Assembly (NCBI GenBank): GCA_964507995.1
Contig: CAZDTD010000001.1
Coordinates: forward strand, 1,348 to 65,347
Origin: an uncultured Pirellulales bacterium
Lineage (GTDB): Bacteria; Planctomycetota; Phycisphaerae; Sedimentisphaerales; Anaerobacaceae
Length of the DNA: 64,000 nucleotides
Direction: 5' to 3'
Shown in pieces: positions 43,301 through 53,208 of this stretch. The translations under genes and the position numbers were made by a program. The notes under the pieces were generated by a model. The model was not told the origin of the DNA. It saw nothing but the letters and a program-made list of their open reading frames with translations, and searched no databases. How positions within the stretch are numbered: position 1 is the stretch's first letter; each line of letters starts with the position of its first letter.

Positions 43301-46300
43301 CTGGACGAGGCGCCGCTTGATCCGCGCAAACACATCGTCCTTTCCATCGTAGGGCCGCCATTGCCCGTCATGCGACAACACCGCGCCCGACTCGAGCCGG
43401 GCAAAAGCCTTGCCGTCAATCTGTCCGAGCATGATCGCAGGTGCGTTTTGTCGGGCCAGCGAAGAGAGGTCACATTTGTCCGGGTCGATCTGGTACAAGC
43501 CAAACTCGCTGGCGACGTGACAGGCGTTCTGCTGACCGAGAATGCTGTTGACCCGTTCGAAGTCGAACAAGCCGTCGTTGCGCAGTCTGACCTCGACGAA
43601 TGGCTGGTCCGCGACGAGGCGCGCCTGCATCGACATGGGGCGCACCAGCGCTTGGGCTTTCTCGATGCGCCAGGTGTTGCCATACACCAGATGTGCGTCG
43701 AGCCGCGTCACCGCTTCCTTCACGGCCGCTGGATCGGCAGGCGACCCCCACTGTCTTCCATCCCACTCCAACAGACCTGCGGGCCATTGCAGCACAAGCT
43801 TAGCGCCTCGGCCCAGGGGCACGACTCGCACACGCCAGTCTTCCGCAGGGACCAGGCCGCCGGGGGTGGCCGGCGTCACGTAATCCCATGCTCCCGTGGC
43901 GTTGAAACGGAGAACCCCGCCTTTTGTGACAGCCCACAGATTGTTCTCGAACACCGCCAGGTTGTAGGCAGTGTCCGTGTCAAAACGACCCCGGGCGGCG
44001 TCGAACGACACAGTGATCTCCGGCACATTCGGGGTTCTGCCTCCCAGGGTAACCAGTCCCTTCCGGTCCCATTTGATGTCCGCACCCTCATAGAAATACG
44101 GTCTGAGCCGCGCGATTGCCTGGGCGTAGTCGTCTGCAGACGCGGTGGACCATTGCTGCCTGTCAAAGGACCACGCATGATACGGCGGCGCGGTCGCGCG
44201 CAGCCATGTGTCCCGGCTGCCCTGGCTCTGGGGTGGTTCGAGAACATCGGCAAAACCAGCGAACGATGGCAGTTTCCATGCAGGGTCGAGGGAACCGAAC
44301 GATCCGTCGCCGCCGGTACGCGCCATCGTCGCCAAGCCGTCGAGCGTGTAGAAGCAGAGTCCCTTGTCACTTACACTGAACGCCCTCGGCCGATCGAAGC
44401 CGAACCCTCTCTGGGAGAGCGACACAGGCGAAGCGACCGTGCCCAGGACTGCGTCGAGCTCGGTCCCACCGGCGCCTTGGCGCACGCGCCAGTGGGTGAG
44501 CATTTCATTGTAGCGAGAGATCGCCGAGGATCGTGCCAGAACCTGTTCCATTTGGGCCCACTCGACCTGATCCCATTTCTGTCCGCCGTTCGATGACGCA
44601 TAGCACCTGCCGCCGTTGGACCTCGCGAGGAGATACCCCTGGTCGTTGACGATTCTGACGAGATTGGGATCGGTCAGACCACAGCCGCCTTCGTAGATGG
44701 TGTCCATTCTCAGCGAGGTCCCGTCAGCGGTCATCCCCACGGCGCCCCCTGCGGTGGCCAGCAGGAGTTTGTGTCCGTTGGTGGTGACGTCACGGATCAC
44801 ATCGTGGGCGAATCCAAGCCCTCTGCCTCCTCGCGCCGGCAGAATCTGCGGCGTGGCGCCCCCGACCTTCATGGCAATGGCCAGTCGACCATCCGCGGTC
44901 TGGAAAGCCCCTTCGGGCTGGCGGCGCACGGCAAAAACCTCTCCCTCGAATGTGACGGGGTCGGGTTTCGCATAGGTAAAACCAGTCCCGATCTCTTCTT
45001 CCTCGACCCATCGGCCCTGCTGCATCTTGAACGTTCGCACGCCGGCCATCGTGTTCATGTGCAGTACACCCGGCTGCATGGCCACGCGATCGGCGCGGTC
45101 GAACCCGAGACGTCCTTCGCGCATTTCCATTTCCAGCATGCGCTGCCCTACTCTTGCCCTGAGCTTGTACTCGGGTTTCTGGCCGGTCACTTCCCAGTCG
45201 CTGGGGATGCGCCCGGAGGAAGCCCCCGGCAACGGCACGACATCCCCTGGCTTGAGTTTCGTCCAGACGGCGGTCTTGAGATCGCACGACCAGATATCCA
45301 CACGGGATTGAACCAGGAGCATTGCCCTGCCGTCACCGATGTCGATGATCGTTCCGGATTCTCCGGACGAGCACGGCGGAACCTGACGACTCCATTTCCG
45401 GTCCTGCATCGTGTAGTGGTACACGCTGCCGTCATCCAGCAGCGCGACGCAGGCGTTGGCCACTCCCAGCAGCTCGCGAATCTGCCGCCCGTCCGGAAGG
45501 GAGGTTTCAGCTACGCCGAGACTGGTCAGCTTGCCATCCGCCTCCAGTTGACGAAGTCGGCCGTCCGCTGTGACCGCGACGATGGTCTGCCCATCGCTGG
45601 AGACGTCCAACAGCCCGTCCACGGACGCGCCGATCTGCAATTGTGGAGTGACAATACGACTCATCGTCACCGTCCCGCTCTTCTGTCGCGTCGCCACCCA
45701 CAATCCGCTCTTGGCGGGAAGGAACCGGTCTGCTGTGCCACTGAGCTCGCGGATGGCCCAGACATGGCGCTGGGGATCGTATGCCCAGAGTCTGGCGCCC
45801 CGGGTGTCACTGCGCGGCAATAGGAGCAACTGCCCATCGCGCTCGGTGGCGGCCGCGATGTCAAACCGCACGACGTCACGGTCTTCGATCATTCCCGGGC
45901 GGTGTTCCGCAGCCACCTGTCCCCTGGCGTCCAGGAGCAGGAGGTGGCCTTCATCGGTGATCACCGCGAGCCGATCGCCCTCGCTCACGGCCGCTCTGGC
46001 CGTTCGTCTCTCGGGCAGAGAGGCAACCCACTGCTGACTCGTCGCGTCGAATCGCAGCAACCCTCCTGTCTGCGTCACGGCGAAGATTGTTCCGCCGGTG
46101 CCGCCAACCTTCTCGAACCGCGCCACGCCAGTCACGCCGGGGAAGGATTGCCACTTGTGCGTCGAGCGATCGTACGCCACCAGAGGACCGTTCGCGGTCG
46201 TCAGAAAGAGCGTGTTGCCCTGCTCCGCGAGCGCCACGATATCTGCTGCGCTCTTGACAGGCAGATCTTCCGACAGAGCAGGGATGATCGTGCGGTCTCC

Positions 46301-49300
46301 TTGAGTCGTTCGCAAAACCACCTGTCCCTTCGCATCCGTCAGCAAGATGGACTTGCCGTCGCCTGCGACATGTACCCAATTTCCGTCGTCTTTCTGCCAC
46401 TGGTCGACGAGCCGTCGAGACAGTTGCATATTCGAGGGGCACCAGGCCCAGAGCTGATCCTCCAGGCGCAGGAACTGCCCGACCCCCTGGATCGGTTCCG
46501 TCGTCCAGGAATGGGTTTCGAACGAGTACCGCGCGACAACGCCGGACTCGTCCGCCCGGTAGAGCGTGCCTCTCTCATCCGTGCAGACAGCGGCAGTGCC
46601 CGGGGAGGGGCTGGCCGGGAACCGTTCGCCGATCAGCACCATCGGCACGGACGGTGGTTCCGTGGAGGGCTCGAAGGCAGCCGGCAAATCCGCTTTCAGG
46701 AGCCATCGGTCTGTGCCGTCCTTTTGCACCAATCCATAGAAATGAGAGCTGCTGATGTCCCCCCGGATCCGACCGCTCGCCTCCAGAATCGTCCTGGTGA
46801 CTTGCCAGCCTGCCTCGGGCGAGTTTCTCGACAAGAGCACTGCCTTGTCGTTGCCGACGGCGACCACCTTGTCCGACCGTCCCTGGCAGGCGAGCAACTG
46901 CTCGACCGACCCGCCCGGCTCCATGATGGAATTCCAGCTCCAAGGGCGTCCCGCTCGTCGGCCGTAAGCCGCAACGACTCCGTCGCCCGACGCAACGATC
47001 AGGTCCTGTCCTGCCTCCACCGCAGCAGTCAGACGCCCGCGGACCGGACAGCGACTGGCCTCCAGGATCGCCACCGGACGATCCTTGTCACCGTCGGAGA
47101 TGGCCTGCAGCCTGCCGTCTGCGTCCAGAACAACCACGACAGAACCCTGCGTCCCAGTGACCTGGCGTACTCGCATGCTCTCGCCGGACGCCGTGCGGAC
47201 GATCTCCCAGGCGTCCCCTTCATCCGTCCATCGCCACAATTGTCCGGTCCCGGATCGCCCGTAGAGATATGCGGCGCTTGCCGCGAATTCGACAATACTC
47301 GTGGCCACGTTGGGCTCGTAGGTGTGCCAGCTATGTTCCTGTGCGTCGTACCGTCCAGTACGCGCAGGTGTCGCGACAAACAATCGTCCTTTGAACACGG
47401 CGCCTGCCTTGACATTGGCCAGTGTATCGGCAAAACCGTCGCCCACCAGCGTTCTCATGGGGACCGCGCCACTGAAGGGATCGCTCATTAGGATATTGCC
47501 ATTGGCCTTCACCGCCACAACCGTGCCATGGCCGGCGTTGATGCGTGTGACGCCGTCGGTGGCCCGCACCCAGTCACTGCTGTCTTGCGGCCGGCAGAAC
47601 AGGACATTCCCGGTGTCGAGAAGCCACAATCCACCTCGAGTGACCGCGAGGTTCCCGACGGCGCCGGCGCCAGGCGGCAGAGGTATGCTGGTCCACTGGT
47701 GCGTCGCAAGATCGTAACGGCCCACCTCCGGGCCGTGCGCCGAGAGGCCGTACCGGTTCGTGTCCGGACCATGGGGCGCAACGTAGAGAACCGTTCCGTC
47801 CACCGCGGCCGCAGTCCACGCACGCTGGTCGCCCAGCAACGCGGTGGCCTCGACGATAGTCCTCTTCTCGGTGTCGCCGAGGGTCTTCACCCACAGACGG
47901 TAGGATGGCCCGTCCTCGGCAATCACCACGACGCGATGACTGTCTCCGTAGACGTCCACAACCGATAGCTCCTCCTGCGTCCAGATCCCTTTGCCGGGAG
48001 GACCGTCCGCCGGCGGCGGCGTGGCAACACCGGACGAACTGTCTGCACGACGGGTGTCCGTCACAGCCTGAGCCAGCGCACAGGAGTACAGGGCTTGTTT
48101 ATTGTCGATGGCCCACAGCCGGTCGATCGCTATGATCAGACGCTGCAATCCAGGAATGGGCTCGATGGCCGTCCACCGATGTGTCGTAGCGTCATAATGA
48201 CCGATGCTCTGCTCCGAGCCGACGACCAGATGAGAGCCTTGCGAGACCGCGGTTGTGATGCCCTTGGGGTCGATCTGAATGCCGCCGCCGGGGATGACCG
48301 TGGACCACACGCTTCCATTGTAGAAGTGCAGGCTTCGGTCCGATCCGACCTGTACGAGACGCGGACCGGACGCGTCGAGGTCCAACGACCCGTCCACAGG
48401 CGCCTCCTGGCCGGCGCCGGCATCGACGGCAAAAGCTCGGACCATCTCTCGACTGTTGCGCACGAAGGCTCCGATTCCTTTGTCGCGCGTTCCGACGAAG
48501 AGAGCGGGCTGGCCTTCAAAGGTCCCGTCGGTCGCCGCGGTGATGTCGCCCAATTCCAGGCCGGGGAAACGACGCGGTCCGATGCTGTACTTCCAAGGGT
48601 TGGTATGGCGACCGACGTTCTCCCGCTGGGCCATGTAGACGCAGGCGGGGGAATTCGCTGTCTTCGGTTTCGCCTTCACAAAGATCGCAGGCGCTGCGGG
48701 CACGATCTCCTGAACGGTGGAGTCGTGGAGACCGGCATCGATCACCTCCAGCGACTTGGCCGACGCCGCACGAATACGATGAAGACCGTTGCCGCCGACC
48801 CAGGCGGTGCACTCTTCGGTGTACGTATCCACGCCAAGGGTCAGATCATCAGACCGCGGCCAGGAGTCCGCCGCAGCCGAGCCGGTCATCTGGTGGCCAG
48901 CGGTCTGATAGAGCCCCGCGCGCAGCTTGCCTGTGTCCTGTGGGTCGCGATAGATCATCCACAGGGCATCGTGGGCATCGTCTTGGCCGAAGCGCAGAAG
49001 CGATTGGCGACTCAAGCCCGCAGCGCTGCCCTCGCCGATCAGGGCTCGCATCTGGTCAGCCCCGCCGTCGCCGAGGTTCACGCGCAGCCTGCCCAGGCCT
49101 CTATCGTTCGTAAGATAGGCAAGGTCCGCGGTGTTCGATGCGGCGTCGGATTCCGTCGTGTGGATCGTCCTGACGTTGTCGCCCACCAGGCCCGACTCCC
49201 CGTCCACGTGTTGGGTCTTCGCCCAGCCTCTGGAAGACCAGTGCCCCAGGTCGATCCCTCCCGTGCCGGCAACAGCCAGGATGCCTCCCCCTGCCATTTC

Positions 49301-50041
49301 GAGATCGTTCACTCGCTCGGAACCGATGTCCCCTTCGGATTGCGTGAGGACCTCGTCCCAACAACGATGGGAAGGGTCGTAGATCCCTACGCCGGGGCCT
49401 CCAACGAGCCGCCGTCCCGTGGAATCGTCCCACACCAGGGAGGAGGCGGTCTCGTCATCGACTCCGGGAAAGTAGGAAGTGTCCACCGCAGGACGGGACC
49501 AGAGAGCCATCCGGTCCAGGTCCTCCGGCAAGCTCGCCAGTTCGATGCCACGGCGCGAGTCGTCGCGCTGCTCGTAAACAATCGCCAGGCGACCCGCGTG
49601 GGCCGACAAACCGACAATGCTCGGGTCCGAGAGGCCGGGGTCCAACGTCTTCACAGCCTTACGCTGCCAGTAGTACAGATCCTTAACGCGCGTGCCACAG
49701 TGGAATGTCTGTGCATCGGCCGCAAGCAGGCGATTTGACTGCCCTTGCGGGCCTGTCTCCACAGTCACCGCCGCGACGGCCTTGTCGAGTCTGTTCCAGG
49801 GACAGACAGCCTGGTGGGGAACCTCCTCCCCCAGGTCGCGGTGCGTTCGCGCCCAATAGAGAGCCGCGAATGCTGTCACACCGCCCAGCACGCTGATAAC
49901 AAACAACACCAGGGCAACCCATATGGTAGGTCGCTGTCCCCTGTGCGTGGCGGGCTTGAGGTCGGTGTGGAAATTGGGTCCGTCCTCTTCCACAGCCCTT
50001 GCGAGTTGCTCCAAGGGATTGTCGTGATTCCCATCCATCAT
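40391..50041 (-). CDS. Giant (3216 aa) membrane-anchored multi-beta-propeller protein
   Basis: - Single TM near the N-terminus ('IWVALVLFVISVLGGVTAFAALYWA').
- The remainder consists of dozens of degenerate blades.
- Blade cores resemble two-component-regulator-propeller repeats: 'LWVGTRGGVAVFAWDD', 'LWVATRQKSG', 'FWMATDGGVCLYSY', 'LYIGTAGGITRFSL', 'LWAVTKGGVLRFNA', 'LLLATAGGAVGMTA', 'LFVATPARTGRYD'.
- RBS GGAG. Confidence 0.9.
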   Translation of the reverse strand: MMDGNHDNPLEQLARAVEEDGPNFHTDLKPATHRGQRPTIWVALVLFVISVLGGVTAFAALYWARTHRDLGEEVPHQAVCPWNRLDKAVAAVTVETGPQGQSNRLLAADAQTFHCGTRVKDLYYWQRKAVKTLDPGLSDPSIVGLSAHAGRLAIVYEQRDDSRRGIELASLPEDLDRMALWSRPAVDTSYFPGVDDETASSLVWDDSTGRRLVGGPGVGIYDPSHRCWDEVLTQSEGDIGSERVNDLEMAGGGILAVAGTGGIDLGHWSSRGWAKTQHVDGESGLVGDNVRTIHTTESDAASNTADLAYLTNDRGLGRLRVNLGDGGADQMRALIGEGSAAGLSRQSLLRFGQDDAHDALWMIYRDPQDTGKLRAGLYQTAGHQMTGSAAADSWPRSDDLTLGVDTYTEECTAWVGGNGLHRIRAASAKSLEVIDAGLHDSTVQEIVPAAPAIFVKAKPKTANSPACVYMAQRENVGRHTNPWKYSIGPRRFPGLELGDITAATDGTFEGQPALFVGTRDKGIGAFVRNSREMVRAFAVDAGAGQEAPVDGSLDLDASGPRLVQVGSDRSLHFYNGSVWSTVIPGGGIQIDPKGITTAVSQGSHLVVGSEQSIGHYDATTHRWTAIEPIPGLQRLIIAIDRLWAIDNKQALYSCALAQAVTDTRRADSSSGVATPPPADGPPGKGIWTQEELSVVDVYGDSHRVVVIAEDGPSYRLWVKTLGDTEKRTIVEATALLGDQRAWTAAAVDGTVLYVAPHGPDTNRYGLSAHGPEVGRYDLATHQWTSIPLPPGAGAVGNLAVTRGGLWLLDTGNVLFCRPQDSSDWVRATDGVTRINAGHGTVVAVKANGNILMSDPFSGAVPMRTLVGDGFADTLANVKAGAVFKGRLFVATPARTGRYDAQEHSWHTYEPNVATSIVEFAASAAYLYGRSGTGQLWRWTDEGDAWEIVRTASGESMRVRQVTGTQGSVVVVLDADGRLQAISDGDKDRPVAILEASRCPVRGRLTAAVEAGQDLIVASGDGVVAAYGRRAGRPWSWNSIMEPGGSVEQLLACQGRSDKVVAVGNDKAVLLSRNSPEAGWQVTRTILEASGRIRGDISSSHFYGLVQKDGTDRWLLKADLPAAFEPSTEPPSVPMVLIGERFPASPSPGTAAVCTDERGTLYRADESGVVARYSFETHSWTTEPIQGVGQFLRLEDQLWAWCPSNMQLSRRLVDQWQKDDGNWVHVAGDGKSILLTDAKGQVVLRTTQGDRTIIPALSEDLPVKSAADIVALAEQGNTLFLTTANGPLVAYDRSTHKWQSFPGVTGVARFEKVGGTGGTIFAVTQTGGLLRFDATSQQWVASLPERRTARAAVSEGDRLAVITDEGHLLLLDARGQVAAEHRPGMIEDRDVVRFDIAAATERDGQLLLLPRSDTRGARLWAYDPQRHVWAIRELSGTADRFLPAKSGLWVATRQKSGTVTMSRIVTPQLQIGASVDGLLDVSSDGQTIVAVTADGRLRQLEADGKLTSLGVAETSLPDGRQIRELLGVANACVALLDDGSVYHYTMQDRKWSRQVPPCSSGESGTIIDIGDGRAMLLVQSRVDIWSCDLKTAVWTKLKPGDVVPLPGASSGRIPSDWEVTGQKPEYKLRARVGQRMLEMEMREGRLGFDRADRVAMQPGVLHMNTMAGVRTFKMQQGRWVEEEEIGTGFTYAKPDPVTFEGEVFAVRRQPEGAFQTADGRLAIAMKVGGATPQILPARGGRGLGFAHDVIRDVTTNGHKLLLATAGGAVGMTADGTSLRMDTIYEGGCGLTDPNLVRIVNDQGYLLARSNGGRCYASSNGGQKWDQVEWAQMEQVLARSSAISRYNEMLTHWRVRQGAGGTELDAVLGTVASPVSLSQRGFGFDRPRAFSVSDKGLCFYTLDGLATMARTGGDGSFGSLDPAWKLPSFAGFADVLEPPQSQGSRDTWLRATAPPYHAWSFDRQQWSTASADDYAQAIARLRPYFYEGADIKWDRKGLVTLGGRTPNVPEITVSFDAARGRFDTDTAYNLAVFENNLWAVTKGGVLRFNATGAWDYVTPATPGGLVPAEDWRVRVVPLGRGAKLVLQWPAGLLEWDGRQWGSPADPAAVKEAVTRLDAHLVYGNTWRIEKAQALVRPMSMQARLVADQPFVEVRLRNDGLFDFERVNSILGQQNACHVASEFGLYQIDPDKCDLSSLARQNAPAIMLGQIDGKAFARLESGAVLSHDGQWRPYDGKDDVFARIKRRLVQQSPWQLDGDGVQLQVQLRPGQGSPWSGPHILPAEVKGGRFDFDTVYDAGYADMPWLITEKGLLPRVGPDLRQIGKPEKITGVGSGATLSHLTYDDTPKLLLKTSSELYYFDTTWRSIPSTQRPEVERTLATQVAKGPLFEVRRASGQLDVRVRIGEPADRYKRVEFDGKKGLFTFDILRSVCPYAGDANDLTLIGTDGGVAAYDVRSVEGSTDNVTGAFRYLYCDAVSDGLEPARVSTVAYARRNRVNFAVNGPERLYQLKGFDGGRSFGKWELTDETGRSTFEYTRNVISDDPDAWQVTARGWSTAGTNPFDMRWRRQIVRLIDLENTRDAVQSVCRFAHDVPLSASLADGTLWVGTRGGVAVFAWDDPNRIDPTKFDIRSEQTLPAGELTGIAPAQGIGFVRAGDGDRLIYARRASDNTVLCCDVKSAGGQWRQVPADNRGFLSACAVAEDPIWSWEKDSLKPVRLRPRRERVHVPVNYPYLTNGTWMFLEVNHAAIREPRRTMAFFHDQLYIGTAGGITRFSLADATGGGAAHDMRLDVDIYAIAGATTGLMPLLDVTSLYVDRREDRLYAQARNGCCYVFDPAKDTWSLWDKKDSPMDRAMVLVDNDLFHWRMMDKGEPQLNVAPLDLTDQSAYPLFQNGRFVFDDVHEFLVEGDRFWMATDGGVCLYSYREFRPIKFFAQTILAVGPTPRPALPAVHEVIRDRDKPSRILCKTADAEVYVWEDNSWKHGRDDGAFEKAYCRQIDPVMKWYEYPQRGLQVRATAGGQLVTLGAKGGGTKSNLFRNGRFSFDDVRDAVLDGSVLLTATPIGVVEQTVDWNKQQVPIRGLYCYASHGTASQEMFDLERITKFPKGPVLVWGIGAFTGIRGQGAPSTWTWQPYEQPRERIGPEMVVDDGIEQWKLVASEGGRPVEAIRLRDGRTRAVASRFKCRDVSQAVADDRWIYVPVPEPKGGLLRICKNEIVLQ

Positions 50042-50162
50042 ATGTACTCCGACATTCAGGTTGTCTTCGCCCTGCCACGAGGGCGCGTCGTTTATGACGT
50101 GCCTTCGCGAATCTCACACCCAACCGCAATGACCTCCACGTCTCACGGACGCTTCCACCTGA

Positions 50163-52334
50163 CTACTCCAGTTCAGGGATGTCATCGGGCCGGCTGGTGT
50201 CCTCGTCAGGCGGTGCGTCCGGGCGCCGCCGATCCACCGTTCGGGCCATCGCCCATATCCGGCGGATTCGGCTGTCGCCACAGGAGGCATAGAGGCACGC
50301 TGCCAACCAGCACAGCTCCCACCACATCGCGGTACCCTCACTTAGATGCTCGATTTCCTGCTCGACCGCCATGCCCGCCAGTTGACGAATGCGCCGATCT
50401 GCGTTCTTCACGCGATACTCCGGCTCGCCGCATGCCTGGGCCAGGCTCAGAGCCTTGCCCCTGTGCTCGTCAAGTGCGGTCAGTGGCGGAACACGACGCT
50501 CCTGGCGATCCGACAACCACGGGAAGCGAGCCTGGTTGCCTTTGTGTCTTTGGATACATAACGAAGTGAACGCGCCAACATAGGCCAGTCTCACCATCGC
50601 GGTTTCGAACGCCGGTCCTACGTCTTGGGGTCCATCACTCGGCTCGGGTCCCGCGTTCTTGTTCTCCTCACTCAGGATGCTGCTGGCTTCCACATCCTCC
50701 GGCGACAGCAGCAATCTAAGATGTGCTATCAAGCGGTATCGCATCAGCAAGACGCACCGCAGGACGTGCTCCAGCAGATCACCTGCGAAACTCCTGCCGT
50801 CCAGGACTGGACCGCAGAAACGCTCGTAGCGATCGTACAGAACGAGACTTCCCGCGTGGGTCTGCTCCCGGTGCGACAGCCATTCCTCCAAACACCGTGC
50901 CGACAGGTCCAGCAGATGCAACGCGAGTTTTGCCTCTTCTCTGAGAGCATCGCTGGGGTCCTGGTCCCCCTCAGAGAGAGCCAGATCGCGGATCAACTGG
51001 TGTTGCGTCTCGCCCGTCTGACCCAACAACTCCGCGGCCTTGAGGAGATTCAGATGCGTCTGCTCCTCGCTGTCCTTGGAGCCGGCCCCGAAGACGTGAC
51101 ATTCGGCCTGTGCTTCTGTCAACGCTATCCAGGTGACGCGCAACTGACGCAATTGTCCGTTGTTGAACTCTGGCGGCGGCTCCCGCGACGGCCTCCACCC
51201 AGACTCGCCTGCCGGATCGTCGGCGGGCTTAGCTGGATCGGACTGCTTGGCCCACTCCTCGATTCTCCGGAGATAGGCGTCCAGGGGATCACTGGCGGGC
51301 TCGTCCTCGAACCGGCCGAACCTGGCGGATGCGTAACGGCACCATATCTCCTGTCGCATACGCTCAACGCGCTGCATGACGAACGCGGAGTCGATCGTCG
51401 GCATCCACTCGCGACAAGCCAGGAATCTCAAGACCCACGGAACCGGCCAAATCCGGCTGGCTCGAAAGAGCGTCGTCCACAGGTTGACGCCGGGGACCCG
51501 CAGATCGCGATCTGTCAGTCGGTCCGAGCACAGAAGCGTGTCGGGCACGCCTTTGGCCCGGATACATCGCAGGGCATCCAGATACAACGTCATCCGCGGG
51601 TCGCTTCCGATGTATTTGTCGAATTCTCGTTCGCAATTACCGATCTTGGCAATCGCGAAACCCGATGTGCCGATGCATACCATCACAACGAGCAACAACA
51701 CCAACAGGTCCGAGGGAACACCCAGGAAGAACCACAACATCCAGACCCCGACGAGGATCGCCGCGACTTTGAGCCAGGCCAATCCTGCCCTCGACCGCAA
51801 CTGCCGTGCGCCGGCGAGAAGGTCCGCGACAGCAATCCAAGGCTTTCTGACATACGAGGGGATCTTGCGGCACGCAGGACCAAGTACATGAAACACGAAT
51901 GAGACCGCCCGATGCATATGATTCCGCAGGAACAGCAGGGAACCCGCAGGGTGCAGCAGACTGTCCGTGATGCGGCACCACTTCGCCCGTGACAGAACGA
52001 AACAGATGGCCAGCACCATGACGGGGTAAGCGATCCACGAGTACCAGTGCATCCGGTACAACAACAGGTAGACAAGGACCGAGAAGAGCAGAACAAAGAA
52101 GGCGATCTTCCGGATATCACCCACCAGGCGGGATACAGCAGACAACAGACTCTTTCTTCTTCCATCGCCGGACGATCGTTTGGTCTTGCCCCTCAGATAG
52201 AACACCACGAGCAGGCACGCCGCGAGGGGCAGGCAGAACAACTCCCACGCATAGACGACATTCACGCAGAACCACTGCCCGTAGACGTCGACCCACTCGA
52301 ACAAGGCTTTTGCAGCGTCAGACACTCCCATCAA
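50163..52334 (-). CDS. Polytopic membrane protein (~8 TM helices) with helical cytoplasmic C-terminal half, unknown function
   Basis: The N-terminal 330 aa are rich in hydrophobic helices ('FCLPLAACLLVVFYL', 'IAFFVLLFSVLVYLLLY', 'VAAILVGVWMLWFFLGV', 'LLVLLLVVMVCIGTSGFAI'). A 4-nt overlap with the upstream gene (52331-52334). Confidence 0.8.
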   Translation of the reverse strand: MMGVSDAAKALFEWVDVYGQWFCVNVVYAWELFCLPLAACLLVVFYLRGKTKRSSGDGRRKSLLSAVSRLVGDIRKIAFFVLLFSVLVYLLLYRMHWYSWIAYPVMVLAICFVLSRAKWCRITDSLLHPAGSLLFLRNHMHRAVSFVFHVLGPACRKIPSYVRKPWIAVADLLAGARQLRSRAGLAWLKVAAILVGVWMLWFFLGVPSDLLVLLLVVMVCIGTSGFAIAKIGNCEREFDKYIGSDPRMTLYLDALRCIRAKGVPDTLLCSDRLTDRDLRVPGVNLWTTLFRASRIWPVPWVLRFLACREWMPTIDSAFVMQRVERMRQEIWCRYASARFGRFEDEPASDPLDAYLRRIEEWAKQSDPAKPADDPAGESGWRPSREPPPEFNNGQLRQLRVTWIALTEAQAECHVFGAGSKDSEEQTHLNLLKAAELLGQTGETQHQLIRDLALSEGDQDPSDALREEAKLALHLLDLSARCLEEWLSHREQTHAGSLVLYDRYERFCGPVLDGRSFAGDLLEHVLRCVLLMRYRLIAHLRLLLSPEDVEASSILSEENKNAGPEPSDGPQDVGPAFETAMVRLAYVGAFTSLCIQRHKGNQARFPWLSDRQERRVPPLTALDEHRGKALSLAQACGEPEYRVKNADRRIRQLAGMAVEQEIEHLSEGTAMWWELCWLAACLYASCGDSRIRRIWAMARTVDRRRPDAPPDEDTSRPDDIPELE

Positions 52335-53155
52335 TATGCTTCCCGTAACGTTTCCCTCTCGGCGATATCAATGTGCTCCAACATGGTTCGACACCGGTTC
52401 GCCAGATCGCCAAGCCTGCTCCCGACTTCTTCCTCGCGGATCGGCTCGACAACGTTCTCGTTCACGAGACCGTCTACAGTCACGACGCGAGACACAGACG
52501 TAGTCAACGGTCGGGCTTCCGGTGCGGCCCGCTTGGATCCAAACCAGACCTCCAGGCACCACCTGCGCAGAAATGCGATCATTCGGCCCAGCGCGGATCG
52601 CTGTGCGGATGTATCCGTGTACTGCGCGAAGCGCGGTGCTCTCATTTCCAAGCGCCGCGCTTTCTCAAGCCGCTCCGCCAATCCGTCCGACTTGCCTTGG
52701 TACTGTTTTGCCGTGTCGTTTCTCTTCTTCCCTTCTGCGTTCAGAGTCTCGACATCCGCCATGACCTCGCCGAATCGTTGCTTCCACGCGCGTCGGAGGA
52801 TGGGGAGCCGAGGCATCAGGACCGGCCAGGACGGCGGCCAGCCCTTCGGCACGGGTTCCGACGCCAACCTGTTCCCAACACGACCGAGCACCGCATGCCA
52901 GAAGCGCGCAGCCGGCGCGACCATCCACGAACCTGCACGTATGACCTGCGGTGCGTCAGGGAATATCGAACACATGCGATCGCGAACGCGCCGCATCCGG
53001 GCACACACCCCGCGGGGGCTGCCGGCATCCGCTTCACGGCCCAGACGCGCGTCGCCTTCCTTCTGGGCCGCTTTCAGTTCCTGAAGCTTCTGCATTTGCA
53101 GGGACATCTGATTTTCGATCTTGTCTGCCGTCATCGCTCGTTCCTGTTGTTGCAC
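52331..53155 (-). CDS. Hypothetical protein (274 aa)
   Basis: GTG start at 53155, or ATG at 53134 (RBS AGGAA). Its stop overlaps the start of the downstream membrane protein. No motif recognised. Confidence 0.65.
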   Translation of the reverse strand: MQQQERAMTADKIENQMSLQMQKLQELKAAQKEGDARLGREADAGSPRGVCARMRRVRDRMCSIFPDAPQVIRAGSWMVAPAARFWHAVLGRVGNRLASEPVPKGWPPSWPVLMPRLPILRRAWKQRFGEVMADVETLNAEGKKRNDTAKQYQGKSDGLAERLEKARRLEMRAPRFAQYTDTSAQRSALGRMIAFLRRWCLEVWFGSKRAAPEARPLTTSVSRVVTVDGLVNENVVEPIREEEVGSRLGDLANRCRTMLEHIDIAERETLREAY

Positions 53156-53208
53156 CCCAGTTCCATCCCGCGTTCATCCACTGCTTTCGGCTCCATAGCC
53201 TGCGGCCC

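Noticed and set aside
43031-49738. Long plus-strand ORFs (43031..44596, 44771..45823, 45902..47491, 48095..49738) opposite the giant gene.
   Set aside because: They are Arg/Pro/Gly-rich, lack motifs and RBSs, and lie entirely antisense to a motif-rich 9.65-kb ORF. These are typical high-GC shadow ORFs.
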